Shown: positions 26,670 to 41,688 of the stretch, piece after piece | Layout of the letters: each line of letters opens with the position of its first letter | Position numbering within the stretch: position 1 is the first letter of the stretch | Source of the DNA: Octopus vulgaris | Taxonomy: Eukaryota | Assembly (NCBI GenBank): GCA_951406725.2 | Contig: OX597820.1 | Coordinates: forward strand, 88,660,001-88,724,000 | DNA: 64,000 bases | Direction: 5' to 3' | The notes under the pieces: model-generated | Told to the model about the DNA's origin: nothing | The model's input: the letters and a program-made list of their open reading frames with translations, nothing else | Database searches by the model: none | Position numbers and translations under genes: made by a program

Positions 26670-26745
26670 GTTTTGTTGAATTTTCTGCTGCTTTTAAATA
26701 AATTTTAGTTCATTGTTTAAACCTCGCCAAGATAAATATTTAAAC

Positions 26746-26809
26746 CACCTGATGAATGACTGTGACTTGAAAAATTAAAGAAATTAACAGCCATGAAACG
26801 ATCGTAGTG
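26746..26809 (+). ncRNA. Minimal type-I hammerhead ribozyme, canonical core
   Basis: CAC-CTGATGA-ATGACTGT...ACAGCCAT-GAAA-CGATCG-TA-GTG. Helix II is 7/8 paired, helix III is the palindrome ACGATCGT, predicted cut after 26806. Confidence 0.7.
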
Positions 26810-26936
26810 ATATATTAATTATATTTTTTTAATAATTTTGTTATATATTTAAATAATATAAATTAAATAATCTTATGTATTGGCTTAAGTTTTTTCATTG
26901 TATGATTTGCCTAATAGTGGTGTTGTCTCTAATTTA

Positions 26937-27056
<120 letters not shown>

Positions 27057-27059
27057 TTT

Positions 27060-27500
27060 ACTTCTGCTTCCTCTTTGGCCTTACGTCATTAAGTCTGTTT
27101 TGTTGTTTTTTTCTCGTTCATTTAAATATACTAATATCCTTATTTCCGCTTCCTGTCTCATTCCCATCTTTTGTTTACTTCCGCTTCGTATCTTATTCTT
27201 TCAAACAACCGCATGTCCTTATTTCCATTTCATATCTCATTTTTTTCAAACAGCAGTTTCTTTTAACTCCGCTTACTGCTTCGTTTTTATCAAACATACT
27301 TATGTCCTTACTCCCGCTTCTTCCCGCGTTCTTTCAAACAACTGTATGCCTTTATTTCCGCTTTCTCTTTTGTTCTATCAAACATCAATTCGTAATTATT
27401 CCTCTTTCTCTCTCTTTTATACATTTCCCTATTCTTACACCAACTTCCTGTCCCGTTCTTCCAAATACCATTATGTTTACATTTCCGCTTAATGCCTTGT
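27060..27500. repeat. Degenerate minisatellite, about 44-bp period
   Basis: ccgctt and tcaaac landmarks recur roughly every 43-46 bp. Confidence 0.6.
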
Positions 27501-27744
27501 TCTTTCCAATATCAGTTTATCTTTAGTTCTTTTTAAATATTATTAATTTTTTTTTGTTTTGTTTAGAAATAAACAATAAGTGAAAAACAAATGAACAAAC
27601 GGATCAACATCAGCATTAAAGGAAAGATTTACTACAGACACGCATACACACACATAATCATCATTATCATAATCATAGTCGTCATCATCATCATCATTTA
27701 GTGAGAAAGAACGAAATCAAGTTAAAGATAATTACTATCTATCT

Positions 27745-27908
27745 ATCCGCTCAGTCGAAGTCGGTTACTCGATGGATCAGTGTCCATTCCGGTATCACTC
27801 TTGATGATGTCAAGCCAGCGGTTTCTTGGTCGGCCTCTTCCTCTCTTGCCACTGACCATTCCGAGCATGATGTCCTTCTCCAGGGATTTTCTCCGCATAA
27901 TATGACCT
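27745..27908 (-). mobile_element. RTE/BovB-like LINE 3' fragment
   Basis: Minus translation GHIMRRKSLEKDIMLGMVSGKRGRGRPRNRWLDII matches the RTE ORF C-terminal signature. Confidence 0.8.
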
Positions 27909-28458
27909 AGGTGATCCTATACTCGATGGATCAAAAGTGTAAGAATTCTAAAGATAATTACAGTCAAGTGAAAATATCCACAACTGAGTGTAGAGATGGT
28001 AGCAAATAAAATCATGACAAAGTTAGGGTTTGCGGTTTGTTACAATATGTAGGAGATGAGTGGTGAGTATATGTATGCGTGAATGAATTGGTGTATATGT
28101 GTGTGTGCGCGCGCGTGTGTGCATTTATTGCATGGGTGTGTGCGTCAATTTGTGTGTTTGTATGTGTGCTTGTCAGTATGCGTGCTTGTCAGTATGCGTG
28201 CTTGTCAGTATGTGTGTGTCAGTAAAATACTTATATATTCGTGTGTGTATATGTGCGAATGCATGATTGTGTCAGTATGTGTGTATGTGTGTATAAGTTT
28301 GTGTGACCCTCTATGTGTGTGTGTGTGTGTGTGTGTAATTGCTCTTTATTTATTTGGCAAGGAAACTGAATGTAACATGCTGTGAGATTTATAATTCCTT
28401 ATAAAATAGAAAATTACATCAGTCAGCGACAAGCGTCGAAGTCGCAGTCATAGTAGTT

Positions 28459-28512
<54 letters not shown>

Positions 28513-28555
28513 TGAGAGTAAGTAACATAAGACATGTGCCATAGTATAAACATAC

Positions 28556-28685
28556 CTTCATTCAGTGTAATGAGTACTGTGTTTTGAGATGGCTGCCAAT
28601 AAGGATGTCCGTCAAGGTTTCTAACATTGAATAGAGTCCGTTTCGGAAATAGGCGTCGCGGGATTTCTGGGTTGCTTGTAAACGT
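28556..28685 (-). other. Candidate exon of unknown minus-strand transcript
   Basis: Unique sequence ending in a strong donor AAG|GTATGT. One frame is open (TFTSNPEIPRRLFPKRTLFNVRNLDGHPYWQPSQNTVLITLNE). The acceptor is weak and I recognise no homology. Confidence 0.2.
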
Positions 28686-29549
28686 CTAGATAATTTGGGG
28701 CACCTCTAAGCATGCTCAGAACGACTTCAGGTTGTCTGAGTTGACTTGCCATGACAGAATTTTTATGCGAGGCTATCAAAGTTTTGGATCTTTCTGCAAC
28801 CATCGGTGCGCGAACCGCACCTCACGAACGCAGTTCGCAAGATGATTGTGATTTATAAACAGTTTTGAACAGGAGCCGGTAAAAGAAGACTGGACATGCA
28901 ATGCGTATGTACACACTGAATTCGTAAAACGGAAGAGAAGAATAAAAATGTGATGCGCACGTCAAAATAAAACGGAAGAGAAGAATAAAAAAACGTAATG
29001 TCAAACAAGTTATATGATGGTTTGCATGCCACGTCTGATACCACTATCATTCAGCTTTACTGCAATTTCCTTGTTATACATTCATTCAAAAGTGTACTGA
29101 AGGAATCTAATGCTGTATCTTGGATCTGGATTTATGCGGTTTACCCCGAAAGAATTCGCTACAAGCACTGGAGATAAAATCATGACGGCGTGCGCCATTT
29201 TCTCCCTTCTCTTTCTCGAATCTATAGAACTTGTAATGAGAGATACAATAATCTACACTAACGGAACGTAGATCAAAAGACAACGGATGCTGCCACTACT
29301 GAGTACTTCTATTGATGATCTTCATGCCATAACAGAAACCAGGAGAGAAGTTCGAAGCTAAAACATGTCCGTAGCTGTCACTTGTCATCTTACAAAGATC
29401 AGGGTCTTTTTACTTAAGCACGAATAATCCCCTGTAGAATCAGTTTTTAATCTGAATTCATCTCCCGAATTTTCTGAGAATTGCTGAGAATTGCTGTTGG
29501 GGCTTTGTTTCCTTTCTCTCGGAGTAAATATTCATTTATTTTATATTAC

Positions 29550-29937
29550 ATGCTTTAGTCATTATTTTGACTGCAGCCATGCTGGGGCGCTGCCTTAAAG
29601 GGTTTTAGCTAAATAAATCGCCCCCAGAACTTATTTTTAAAGCCTAGTACTTATTCTATCAGTCTCTTTTGTCTAACCGCTAAGTAACGGGGACGTAAAC
29701 ACACCAACACCATTTGTCAAGCGGTGGTGGAGGACAGACACATACACAAACACACACGCACGCACACACGCACGCACACATACACGACATGCTTCTTTCA
29801 GTTTCCGTCTACCAAATCCACTCACAAAGCTTTGGTTGATCCGAAATTATTGTAAAGACCCTTGCCCAAAGTGCTACACAGTGGAACCGAACCCGGAACC
29901 ATGTAGTTGGGAAGCTAGCTCCTTACCGCACAGCCAT
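29550..29937 (-). mobile_element. SINE family A
   Basis: Reverse family A head, (CA)n and tail. Confidence 0.85.
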
Positions 29938-30396
29938 GAGTTGTTGTTTTTTAATCTTTGTATACGTTATTCGGTACAGTACTACCTACATGAATGTTTC
30001 CAAAAATATCAACTGCATATGAAAACCGAAAACTGTTCCAGTTTGTCCATAAGATGGAGCTATATTAAAAATGTTCTCTTTGAAATTATAAGTAGGCTGA
30101 TTCCAATGTCCAAGGAGCAGACAACTGAGTGCTTTGTTAGGATTATTTATGAAATAATCAGCGATTCTTATTCGTTTGGAGGTGATTCGAGTACACAAAG
30201 CCGATGAGCTGAAAAAAACAGCCAAATATCGATATCAGAATGTTGCTGATTAGTGACTTCGAAGTTTTGGCCAGCTAAGCCATTTAACTGCAGTCATACG
30301 ATTGCAGCCATGCTGGGGCACTGCCTTGAAAGGTTTTAGTCGAACAAATCCACTTATTTTTTAAAGCCTAGTACTTCTTTTTTTTTAATCTTATAT

Positions 30397-30880
<484 letters not shown>

Positions 30881-31499
30881 ATAGCGATATTTCGCTGCAA
30901 AACAGCGAAATAGCAATGTATCGAACTGCAGTCAGACTATGGCTTAGCTAGCAAAAACTTCGAAATCACTGTTAACATTCTTGTATAAGAATAATAAATT
31001 TGTATTCTACAAAAGTATAGAGATATCGATATCCATCGTAGTCGATCACCTACGGGGCGAATTGTCTCGTCTAGTTCAAGGCATTCAGTATTTTTGAACA
31101 CTCGACATCTTAAAGGGACTTTTCCCATTGATGCTATCCTGCAGCAAATTAGCGCATAAACAATGCACATACATCAAGTATGTGACATCGATAATGAGGA
31201 GCGCTCATAATTCAGATTCAGTTCAAATTTAATTCAAATGGTATTAACCGGAAGGAAATGGAGCGTAAGGAAAACTAACGACATAGCAGACTTCAGCCTC
31301 GAAGTGAGAAGTGGTGATTGGTGCTATGCAGAATAGACAGGTTGGAACCGGGACAGAGAGGAAACAAATGGATATCCTGCCAGAAAAAGACGAGATATAG
31401 CGAACAAAGTAATTGGTTTCAGTACTATACTCTATATTTCGTATATGTACTCCGTGTTATCGTGTTTACATTTATGCTTCTGTATATGTATATACATAC

Positions 31500-33081
31500 A
31501 GGGTGCCGAAATGCCGAAATGACAGAATAGTTTGCACTGTGGGGAAAATGCTTAGTTGCATTTCTTCCAGCTTTTTGCGTTTTGAATTCAGATCCTGCCG
31601 AGGTCAAATTTGCCTTTCATCCCTTCCAGGTCGCTAAAAAAATAATAAATACCAGTTTTGAGCATTATGGGGTCAATGTAATTTTCTAGCGCCTTTCCTA
31701 AAATTGATACCTTATTTGTTATTTCTTTATTGCCCTCAAAGGGCTAAAACATAGAGGGGACAAACAAGGACAGACAGAGGAATTAAGCCGATTAGATCGA
31801 CTCCTGTGCGTCACTGGTACTTAATTTATCGACCCAGAAAGGATGAAAGGCAAAGTCGACCTCGGCGGAATTCGAACTCAGAACGTAACGACAGACGAAA
31901 TAACGCTAAGTATTTCGCCCGGCGTGCTAACGTTTCTACCAGCTCGCTGCCTTTGAAACCGTGTGTGTGTGTGTGTGTGCGCGCGCGCATGCGTGCGAGC
32001 ACAGTGTGTGTTATGAATTCAGATCCTGCCGTGGTCAACTTTGTCTTTAATTGCTTCAGAGTCGATAAAGTAGTACCAGTTTTGAGATCTGGGATCGATG
32101 TAAATGACTAACCCCTCTCCTAAAATAGAAACCACATGTGTATACATATATACATTTGTGTATGTGTGTACGTGTGTGTATGCGTCAATTATTGATAGAG
32201 AGGAAGAAATAATGTGAAGTATTTAATCAAATTGTTTACTCATATCTCACCAGTATTTTGACAATCGTAGTTATTGGTGTCAATTTTGGCGCAAAGCCAC
32301 CAATTTCAGGAGAATGAATAAGTCAATTTGATCGACCCCAGTGTACTTATTTTATCGACCTCGAAAGGATTCTGAAACGCAAAGTCGGCCTCGGTGGAAT
32401 TGAACTCAGAACGTAACGGCAGATGAAATACTTATTTCTTTACTACCCACAAAGGGCTAAACAGAGAGGGGACAAACAAGGACAGATAAACGGATTAAGT
32501 CGATTACATCGACCCCAGTGCGTAACTGGTACTTAATTTATCGACCCCAAAAGGATGAAAGGCAAAGTCGACCTCGGCGGAATTTGAACTCAGAACGCAG
32601 CGGCGGACGAAATACCTATTTCTTTACTACCCACAAGGGGCTAAACACAGCGGGGACAAACAAGGACAGACAAACGGATCAAGTCGATTACATCGACCCC
32701 AGTGCGTAACTGATACTTAATTTATCGACCCCGAAAGGATGAAAGGCAAAATCGACCTCGGCGGAATTTGAACTCAAGAACGTAACGGCAGACGAAATAC
32801 GGTTACACATTTCGCCCGGCGTGCTAACGTTTCTGCCAGCTCGCCGTCTCAAGATATGTCCATGTATTGGTTTCAAATTTTGGAACAAGGCCAGCAAGTT
32901 CGGGGAAGTGGATAAGTCGATAACATCGACCCCAGTGTTTAACTGATACTTATTTTATCGACGACGAAAGGATTTTAAAAGGCAAAGTCGACCTCGACGG
33001 AAGTTGAAGTGAAAGCGTAAAGCACGAAATGCCGCGAAACATTTTGCCTGGCGTGCTAGGGATTCTACCAGCTCACCTCCT
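31500..33081. mobile_element. Cluster of SINE family C copies in both orientations, including a tandem multimer at 32275-32846 (-)
   Basis: Repeated aggatgaaaggcaaagtcgacctcggcggaatttgaactcag blocks near 31840, 32550, 32735 and 32970; plus-strand copies near 31530-31710 and 32015-32120. Confidence 0.85.
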
Positions 33082-33086
33082 TAAAT

Positions 33087-33122
<36 letters not shown>

Positions 33123-33126
33123 AATA

Positions 33127-33171
<45 letters not shown>

Positions 33172-33174
33172 GTG

Positions 33175-33319
33175 AGTGGCTGTGTGGTAAGTAGCTTGCT
33201 TTCCAACCACATGGTTCCGGGCACCATGGGCAAGTGTCTTCTACTATAGCCTCGGGCCGACCAAAACCTTGTGAGTGGATTTGGTAGACGGAAACTGAAA
33301 GAAGCCCGTCTTATATAAG

Positions 33320-33387
<68 letters not shown>

Positions 33388-33627
33388 TGTGTGTCTGTGT
33401 GTCTGTGTTTGTGTGTATGTGTTTGTCCACCTAACATCGCTTGACAACCGATGCTGGTGTGTTTATGTTCCCGTAACTTAGCGGTTCGGCGAAAGAGACT
33501 GATAGAATAAGTACTTGGCTTACAAAGAATAAGTTGTGGAATCGATTTGTTCGACTAAAGGCGGTACTCCAGCATGGCCGCAGTCAAATGACTGAAACAA
33601 GCAAAAAAGCAAAAGACGAAAAAGAGT
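33175..33627 (+). mobile_element. SINE family A
   Basis: Head, internal (TA)n(TG)n and tail. Confidence 0.85.
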
Positions 33628-33770
33628 ACAATAACGCTACTACAACTACTATCACCATAACCAGCTCACTACTATACTATGTACCTCAACTATCACAACC
33701 ACCTTAATTGCTACAATCAATGCAATATAGTACTGTAGGAGCCACCATAGCCATCACATTATGAGAAGTA

Positions 33771-34158
33771 GAATAGGAGCACTCCGTCGGTTGCGACGAT
33801 GAGGGTCCCAGCTGATACGATCAACGGAACAGCTTGCTCGTGATATTAACGTGCAAGTGGCTGAGCACTCCACAGACACGTGTACCCTTAACGTAGTTCT
33901 CGAAGAGATTCAGCGTGACACAGAGTGTGACAAGGCTGGCCCTTTGAAATACAGGTAGAAGAGAAACAGGAATAAAGAGCGAGAGAAAGTTGTGGTGAAA
34001 GAGTACAGCAGGGTTCACCCCCCCCCCCCTGCCGGAGCCTCGTGGAGCTTTAGGTGTTTTCGCTCAATAAACACTCACAATGCCCGGTCTGGGAATCGAA
34101 ACCGCGATCCTCCGACCGCGAGTCCGCTGCCCTAACCACTGGGCCATTGCACCTCCAC
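33771..34158 (-). mobile_element. SINE family B, full length with 12-bp TSD
   Basis: Reverse complement of the 10892 copy; TSD ttatgagaagta at 33759-33770 and 34159-34170. Confidence 0.9.
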
Positions 34159-34185
34159 TTATGAGAAGTAACAAAACCATTACAA

Positions 34186-34362
34186 GACGCAGGCCTCGCT
34201 GCGTGGTAAGAAGTTTGCTTTCCAACCACACGATTCAGTGTTGAGTCCCACTTGTTGGTACCTTGGGCAAGTGTCTTCTACGATAGCCTCAGCCCAACCA
34301 AAGCCTTGTGAGTGGATTTGGCAGACGGAAACTGAAAGAAGCTCATAGTACACACACACACA

Positions 34363-34408
<46 letters not shown>

Positions 34409-34868
34409 TATATACATATACATATATATGGCTTTTTGCAACTGGCGCCAGGGAGAGGGAACGAACGGTTTAAACGATAGCGGTGCGAAACTGTTATGAT
34501 CTCACCGACTTTGACTGATGAGGAATTAGCTACAAATTTTCCGTTTCCTATGTTTTTATTAATTCTTTGAGATATGTGTGTGTGTGTGTGAGTGTGTGTG
34601 TGTGAGTGTGTGTGTGTGTATGCGTGTGTGTATGCGTGTGCGTCTTTGTTTGTGTTTGTCCTTAATCACTGCTTGACAACCGGTGTTGGTTTGTTTACGA
34701 CCCCCGTAATTTAGCGGTTCGGCAAAATACACCGATAGAATAAGTGCCAAGTTAAAAGAAAATAAATATGGTACTAGGTCAATTCGTTCGACTAAAAAAT
34801 TTTCAAGGCGGTGCCCCAGCATGGTCGCAGTCTGACGCCTGGAACGAGTAAAAGATAAAAGATAAAAG
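34186..34868 (+). mobile_element. SINE family A, split at its internal microsatellite
   Basis: 5' half 34186-34345 and 3' half 34645-34868, with about 150 bp of unrelated sequence between the microsatellites. Confidence 0.75.
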
Positions 34869-35253
34869 ATAGTACAATGAAGCATTTCCACAATACACCC
34901 ACTGCTACTACTACTACTACCAAAGCCACTACATTGCCACCGTAACCCATACCACGACGCTACCATTACCATCACTACAATTCCACCAGGATCACTACAC
35001 CACCACCGCTACTGCCACAAACACTTCACCCAACGCTCGTCGCACTAACTTCCCTATTGCCAATATCACAACCACCACACTATAACCATTACCGCCACCA
35101 CCACTACCACCACCACCACCACCGTCGCCGTCACTACCACCATCACCACACAACTACAACACATACAAACTACCTGTTATATTTTGTTTCCTACGAAATT
35201 CCAAACATTTTCGTCTAACTTGCTTTTACTTATCTTCACAGATGGCTTTTATT

Positions 35254-35346
<93 letters not shown>

Positions 35347-36246
35347 ATTATTGTTGTAGCAGCAGCAGCAGTAGTAGTAGTAGCAGCGGTAGTCACAATT
35401 GCAGTAGTAACTCCCTCCACATTTTTCTTTCTAACTTCCTCTCCCCTTTATCCATCACTCTCACTCTCTCTCTCTCTCCATCGTCATCCCTCACTCTTTC
35501 ACGCCTCTTTTTCTTTCTTTCTCTCTCTCTCTCTCTCTATCTCTCTTTCTCTCTCTCTCTCTGTTTTTCTCTCTCCTTCTTTCTCTACTATTATAAACGT
35601 ACTTGTATTTGCAGCGGTTATATTCAGACTCATCCCCATCATCTTTACCACCGTTAACTGTCAGCATCCCCATACTCATCATCATCATCATCATCATCAC
35701 CACCATTGATGATGGTGATAATCATCATCATTACCATCATAAATGTTAATATTAATATTCTGGATGTATCCTTCAAAGAAAAAAGTTAGTCTTAGTTCTA
35801 TAAGCTCATAATTACCCTGAAGAAGTTCTGCCCCATGTATTTTAAAAACAATGATACCTTGCTTAGCATATAACCAAATGCATAGAAACGCATATTAAAA
35901 AGGACCTAGAAATGAAACACATATATTGTTTTTTCCCTTTTTTCGGGTTTTACAAATTATAATTTATTCCTATCGTTATGTTTTTATATTATACAAATAA
36001 ATTATTCATACATCCATTTTTCTTCATTTACTTTCTTTCAATATAAATAATATGTATTACTACAATAATCCCTTACATATTGCAATGAATTTCGCATTAT
36101 ATGAGAGTGATTAACCAGTGGAATCTTTTGGATTATATAATCCATAATGTGGATTTAACTTACTCGAATTGACTATATCTAGTTGAAATTTACAGAAAAA
36201 TAAAAGACGAAGACAGGTGTTTCTATAATTTACTAAAACAAAAGCA

Positions 36247-37448
36247 GGGGTTGAACAATTACATCATTTTTTGTCATAGTTTCCTTGCTTTTCGATGCGC
36301 TTCTTCCAGCGGTCCAAAAGTTTGATTATTCCATCGGAGAGGAAAGTTATCGGCTGCTGTTGCAGATATCTATGCACCACTTCCTGCGCTGCTTCGTCTG
36401 TAGCAAATTGGCGACCTCGTTAATGGTGTCTGAGCAGTTCAAGGAGGTGGTAGTCGGAAGGTGCGAGATCTGAACTGTATGCAGACTGTTCCAGCAAATC
36501 TCAACCCAATTTTTCAATGACTTCGGCTGTAAGTGGGCGTACATTGTCGTGCAATAATAACACTTGCCTTGATAAACGACCTCGGCGTTTGAAGCTAGTT
36601 ATTGTTTTCAATTTGTTGGCCACCATTTCACTATAGCCTACCTACCTACACTGGGGACTCTAGACCCCCTTTTCCAGGTAACGTTCCAGTATAGGCTCTT
36701 TTGCACCCCCACAAAACGGTTTATTACGGAAGGTTGCTTCTTGAATTTCTTTTTCGCTGGCGACTTCATTCCATAGTCTACCTTTTCGACTCTGGCTCAA
36801 AGGGATGGACACAGTCTCATCTCCTGTGACTCTTCTCTCCAAAAAACAATCGCCTTCATTGTTGTGACAGTCGAGTACGTGTTGACAGACCTCCACATGG
36901 CTGTGCTTCGGTAGTCCCTCTTGGCACCCATCTCGCACATACTTTATGGAAGTGAAGCTTGTGGATGATTTCTTATACAGAACCATGATTGATATGCAGA
37001 GAGCGTGCCACCTCATCGCTGCTCACTCGTCGACTCGCTAGAGCCATCTCTCAAATTTATTGAATCTTCATGTTACTGGTGAAGGTTGATGGGCTTCCTG
37101 TTCTCTTTGTGCTTCACGCTTGTCCGCCCGTTTTAAAACTTCTCGATCCACTCATACACACGTCTACGTAGTAGAACGCTGTTCCTATATTGCACTGAAA
37201 GCCTGCAATGAATTTCAGCTTCTGGCACACCTTTAGACCAGAGAAATCAGATCACTACCCTCCGTTCTTCTTTGGTGCAAACTGCCATCGGAGCGGCCAT
37301 GTTTACTCTGTAACACAAGAAAGAAAACTGGTGTGATCAAGGTCAAACCTCGGTTACGTAATCACAAAAGCATTTCCTTTTAGCATGCGAGTACTAAAGG
37401 AACTGCAACCAGCTTAAAAAAGAAAGTAGTGGCAAAAGTGCGGATAAC
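36247..37448 (-). mobile_element. Decayed mariner transposon
   Basis: Minus translation: MAAPMAVCTKEERRVVI.FLWSKGV..VYEWIEKF.NGRTSV, KVCARWVP, RRVTGDET, PYSSDLAPSDYHL (the WVPHEL and YSPDLAP mariner motifs). Multiple lesions. Confidence 0.85.
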
Positions 37449-37649
37449 ACGCACACACACACACACGTGTATGTATACGAGGGGCTTCTTTCAGTTTCCA
37501 TTTACCAAATCCACTCACAAGGATTTGGTCGTGCCCAGTATATATATATATATATATATATATACTGAAAATTCATAGTTCTTTGAGCCTATCTCAGTTT
37601 ACCATGGCACAAATAATCAAAAACGTAATACCATGTGCCATTAATTTCC

Positions 37650-38751
<1,102 letters not shown>

Positions 38752-38772
38752 CTTTATTATTATTATTATTAT

Positions 38773-39125
38773 TGTCATTTACTTTTAATCTGCATGTTTG
38801 ATGCAATCACTTGCCGGGGCACACCTAGCGCCCTAGGGCAAGTGAAGGTTAAGAGTTGTTGAAATATAGCTGAAAGCTTGGGAGGGGAAGTAGAGAAATA
38901 TCTTCATGTAATACAAACACAAACATTTACATTGATAGGGTTTTTCTAAGGATGTGGGCAGTACTTGTTAGCACAATCTTTTGGATTTCCTTGAGACATG
39001 GTTCTCCAGGGATATTGTCTAGGTGTTTCTGACATCCCTTTTTTATCATACCTAGGGCACCTACAATAACAGGAACAGTTTTTGTTTTAAGATTCCACAT
39101 CTTTTGTATTTCGATTTCCAGGTCC
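38773..39125 (-). mobile_element. 3' end of a second R4/Dong-type LINE family
   Basis: Minus translation KDLEIEIQKMWNLKTKTVPVIVGALGMIKK..IQKIVLTSTAHILRKTLSM*, paralogous to 4940-5145; flanked by (TTA)n. Confidence 0.85.
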
Positions 39126-39128
39126 TTA

Positions 39129-39204
<76 letters not shown>

Positions 39205-39299
39205 GTTGTTGTTGTTGTTGTCGTCGTCGTCGTCATTATTATTATTATTATTATTACTTTTTTTCTTCTTCTTTCAAATTTGCTATCATTTCTTGCCGA

Positions 39300-39365
<66 letters not shown>

Positions 39366-39827
39366 TGTTTGTTTGTTTGTTTCAATCAACGCTTAATATT
39401 TACGAAAAAGATTTTCGAAATATTCTGATGCTGCTTTCAACGTCACTTTCTAACTCACATTTCCTCTCCTATCCCTATTTAAGGATATTTTCGGCATCCG
39501 TTTTTTTTCTGATTTGCCGCCACCCTTATTTTTTTGTAAAAATCTTGTCATAATATCTTCCCACATGATTTTACTGTTGTCCACTGTGTTATAAATATCC
39601 TGGCCTGCAGTCCTCATAAGCAGTCCTCGTGCACTTGTCTCCGTGAGTGTGTGCATGTGTGTCTGTGTGTGCGCGTGCCTGTGTGTGCGCGCGTGTCTGT
39701 GTGCCTGTGCGTGTGTATGCGCGAGCGTTATCTGTGTGCGAACGTATACATGCCTTTATATATTTTTAATTTATAAATTTATAAATACATGTTGTCAACA
39801 ATACATATCCATGTGCATGTCAGTTAA

Positions 39828-40898
39828 TGGACTGCAGCCATGCTGCGACACTGCCTTGAGAGCTTTAGTCGCACAATCGACGCCAGCACTTATCTTTATA
39901 AGTGTGGTACTTATTTCATCGGAGTCCTTTGCCCAACCGCAATGTTATAGGGGTGCATAAATAAACCAGCATCTGTTATCAAATGGTGGTAGTGGCCAAA
40001 CACAAACACACACATACATACATATATACATATATGCATATAGGTTATGAGAGGTGATGATGTCAGTGAGACCCAAAGGTGTCAGATAATGCTGAATAAG
40101 TACTATGGATAGACCATAGTTAAGTTCCAGATTCGGTGATTATGCGAATAAGGGGTCCAACTTAGGTCATATATCAGCAAATATATATATATATATATAT
40201 ATATATAGATATAGATATATATAGGGGGAGAGTTCACGAAAAAAACAAAAGACGAAGACAGGTGGTGTTCAAAACAAACAGATGTATTAGTATAACGCTC
40301 AGGAATTGAAAAAGTCTTTTACGTTTCGAGCCTACGTTCTTCTACAGAGAGGGAAACAGGAAAAAAAAAAAACAAGGAGAGAAACCAGGAGAGAAAAAAA
40401 TGTGTGTAGTGGCTACCGATCAATCATGGCGACTGCCGGACAGGGCAATACATACATACATAGTTGAAGGATTAAAATTAATCAAAGGATATACTAAGTA
40501 TGTCTACCTGCTGCATATAACAGTTAAAACTCTTATTCAAATCGCCAAAATACACTGATACTAACTACAAAAATCAACCGTCCGAAGGCAAACGGGCTAA
40601 GACAATCTCTCAGCACACATTCAAGTATTTGGACTGACGTGGACCGGTTTCTGGACTGGCATAATAGCCTCACTTTCCTCAAATATTTTCTCGTGAATTA
40701 TTTGCGCCGTATCGAAATTATATATATATATACTCACACAACAGGCTTCTTTCAGTTTCTCTCAACCTAATCCATTCACAAGGCTTTGATCAGCTTGGAG
40801 CTATAGTTGAAGACACTCGCTCAAGGTGCCACTCAGTGGGACGGAACCCGGAACCATGTGGTTGGGAAGCAAATTTCTTACCACACAGCTACGCCTCC
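39828..40898 (-). mobile_element. SINE family A halves (39828-40010, 40742-40898) separated by about 730 bp that includes a Penelope-LTR fragment
   Basis: The halves are collinear on the minus strand. The insert at 40222-40440 matches the Penelope 3' end at 24620-24795. Confidence 0.65.
40316..40351 (-). ncRNA. Decayed hammerhead-like motif (family of 24691)
   Basis: CTCT-CTGTAGA-a-GAAC gtag GCTC-GAAA-CG-TA-AAAG, with mismatches in helices I and II. Confidence 0.4.
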
Positions 40899-41472
40899 AT
40901 ATTGATACACTTCCATTGTATAATACAGTAGTGAAGTCTAATAACAAGCGTTGAAACGGGTCTGTTGTGTTGTGTAATTGTGAAATCTAAACACTGGCAC
41001 ACACTAGCAGAGGAATCGCTGGATATCGCTCTTTTAAGATGTGTACTCGCAAATATATTTTCTCCTCTAAGTAAACGCAATGTACAATTGCATGAATGCA
41101 GAAGTTCCCATCTGATAACATTTAAGTATAAAAATACTAATATTGATCAAGCTTATCTTGGAGAAGACCAAAAATATTACTGGTCATCGTACTGAATCCC
41201 AGAAATAGCTCTATAGAGTTCCAAGAGATTTTTCAAGATACATATTTCCTAATATAGCGTGGACGTAACTATATTCAGTGAAGCTGGTGGCGTTGCTGTG
41301 GATTTTGACCAATGGTGAATATAAATTCGCACATTTGTGAGAGAATATTTCTAACACTGTGATCTACCAACCCTTATGGAAGTAGAAGAAAATCTCTCTC
41401 TCTCTCTCCTGATATATATATCTCATTACGCAAAAAATTCATATCTATATATATATACATATATATATATAC

Positions 41473-41688
<216 letters not shown>

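Larger units (their letters stand above)
26536..26702. repeat. 81-bp-arm inverted repeat (5-nt spacer, 2 mismatches)
   Basis: 26536-26616 is the reverse complement of 26622-26702. Confidence 0.95.

Noticed and set aside
27060-27500. CRISPR-like repeat-spacer appearance
   Set aside because: The conserved words are only 6-8 nt, the intervening sequence is self-similar, there are no cas genes, and the context is animal DNA.
34484-34525. Possible type-II hammerhead (GAAA..TC-TCA..TGA-CTGATGA)
   Set aside because: Only helix I (3 bp) pairs; helices II and III do not.
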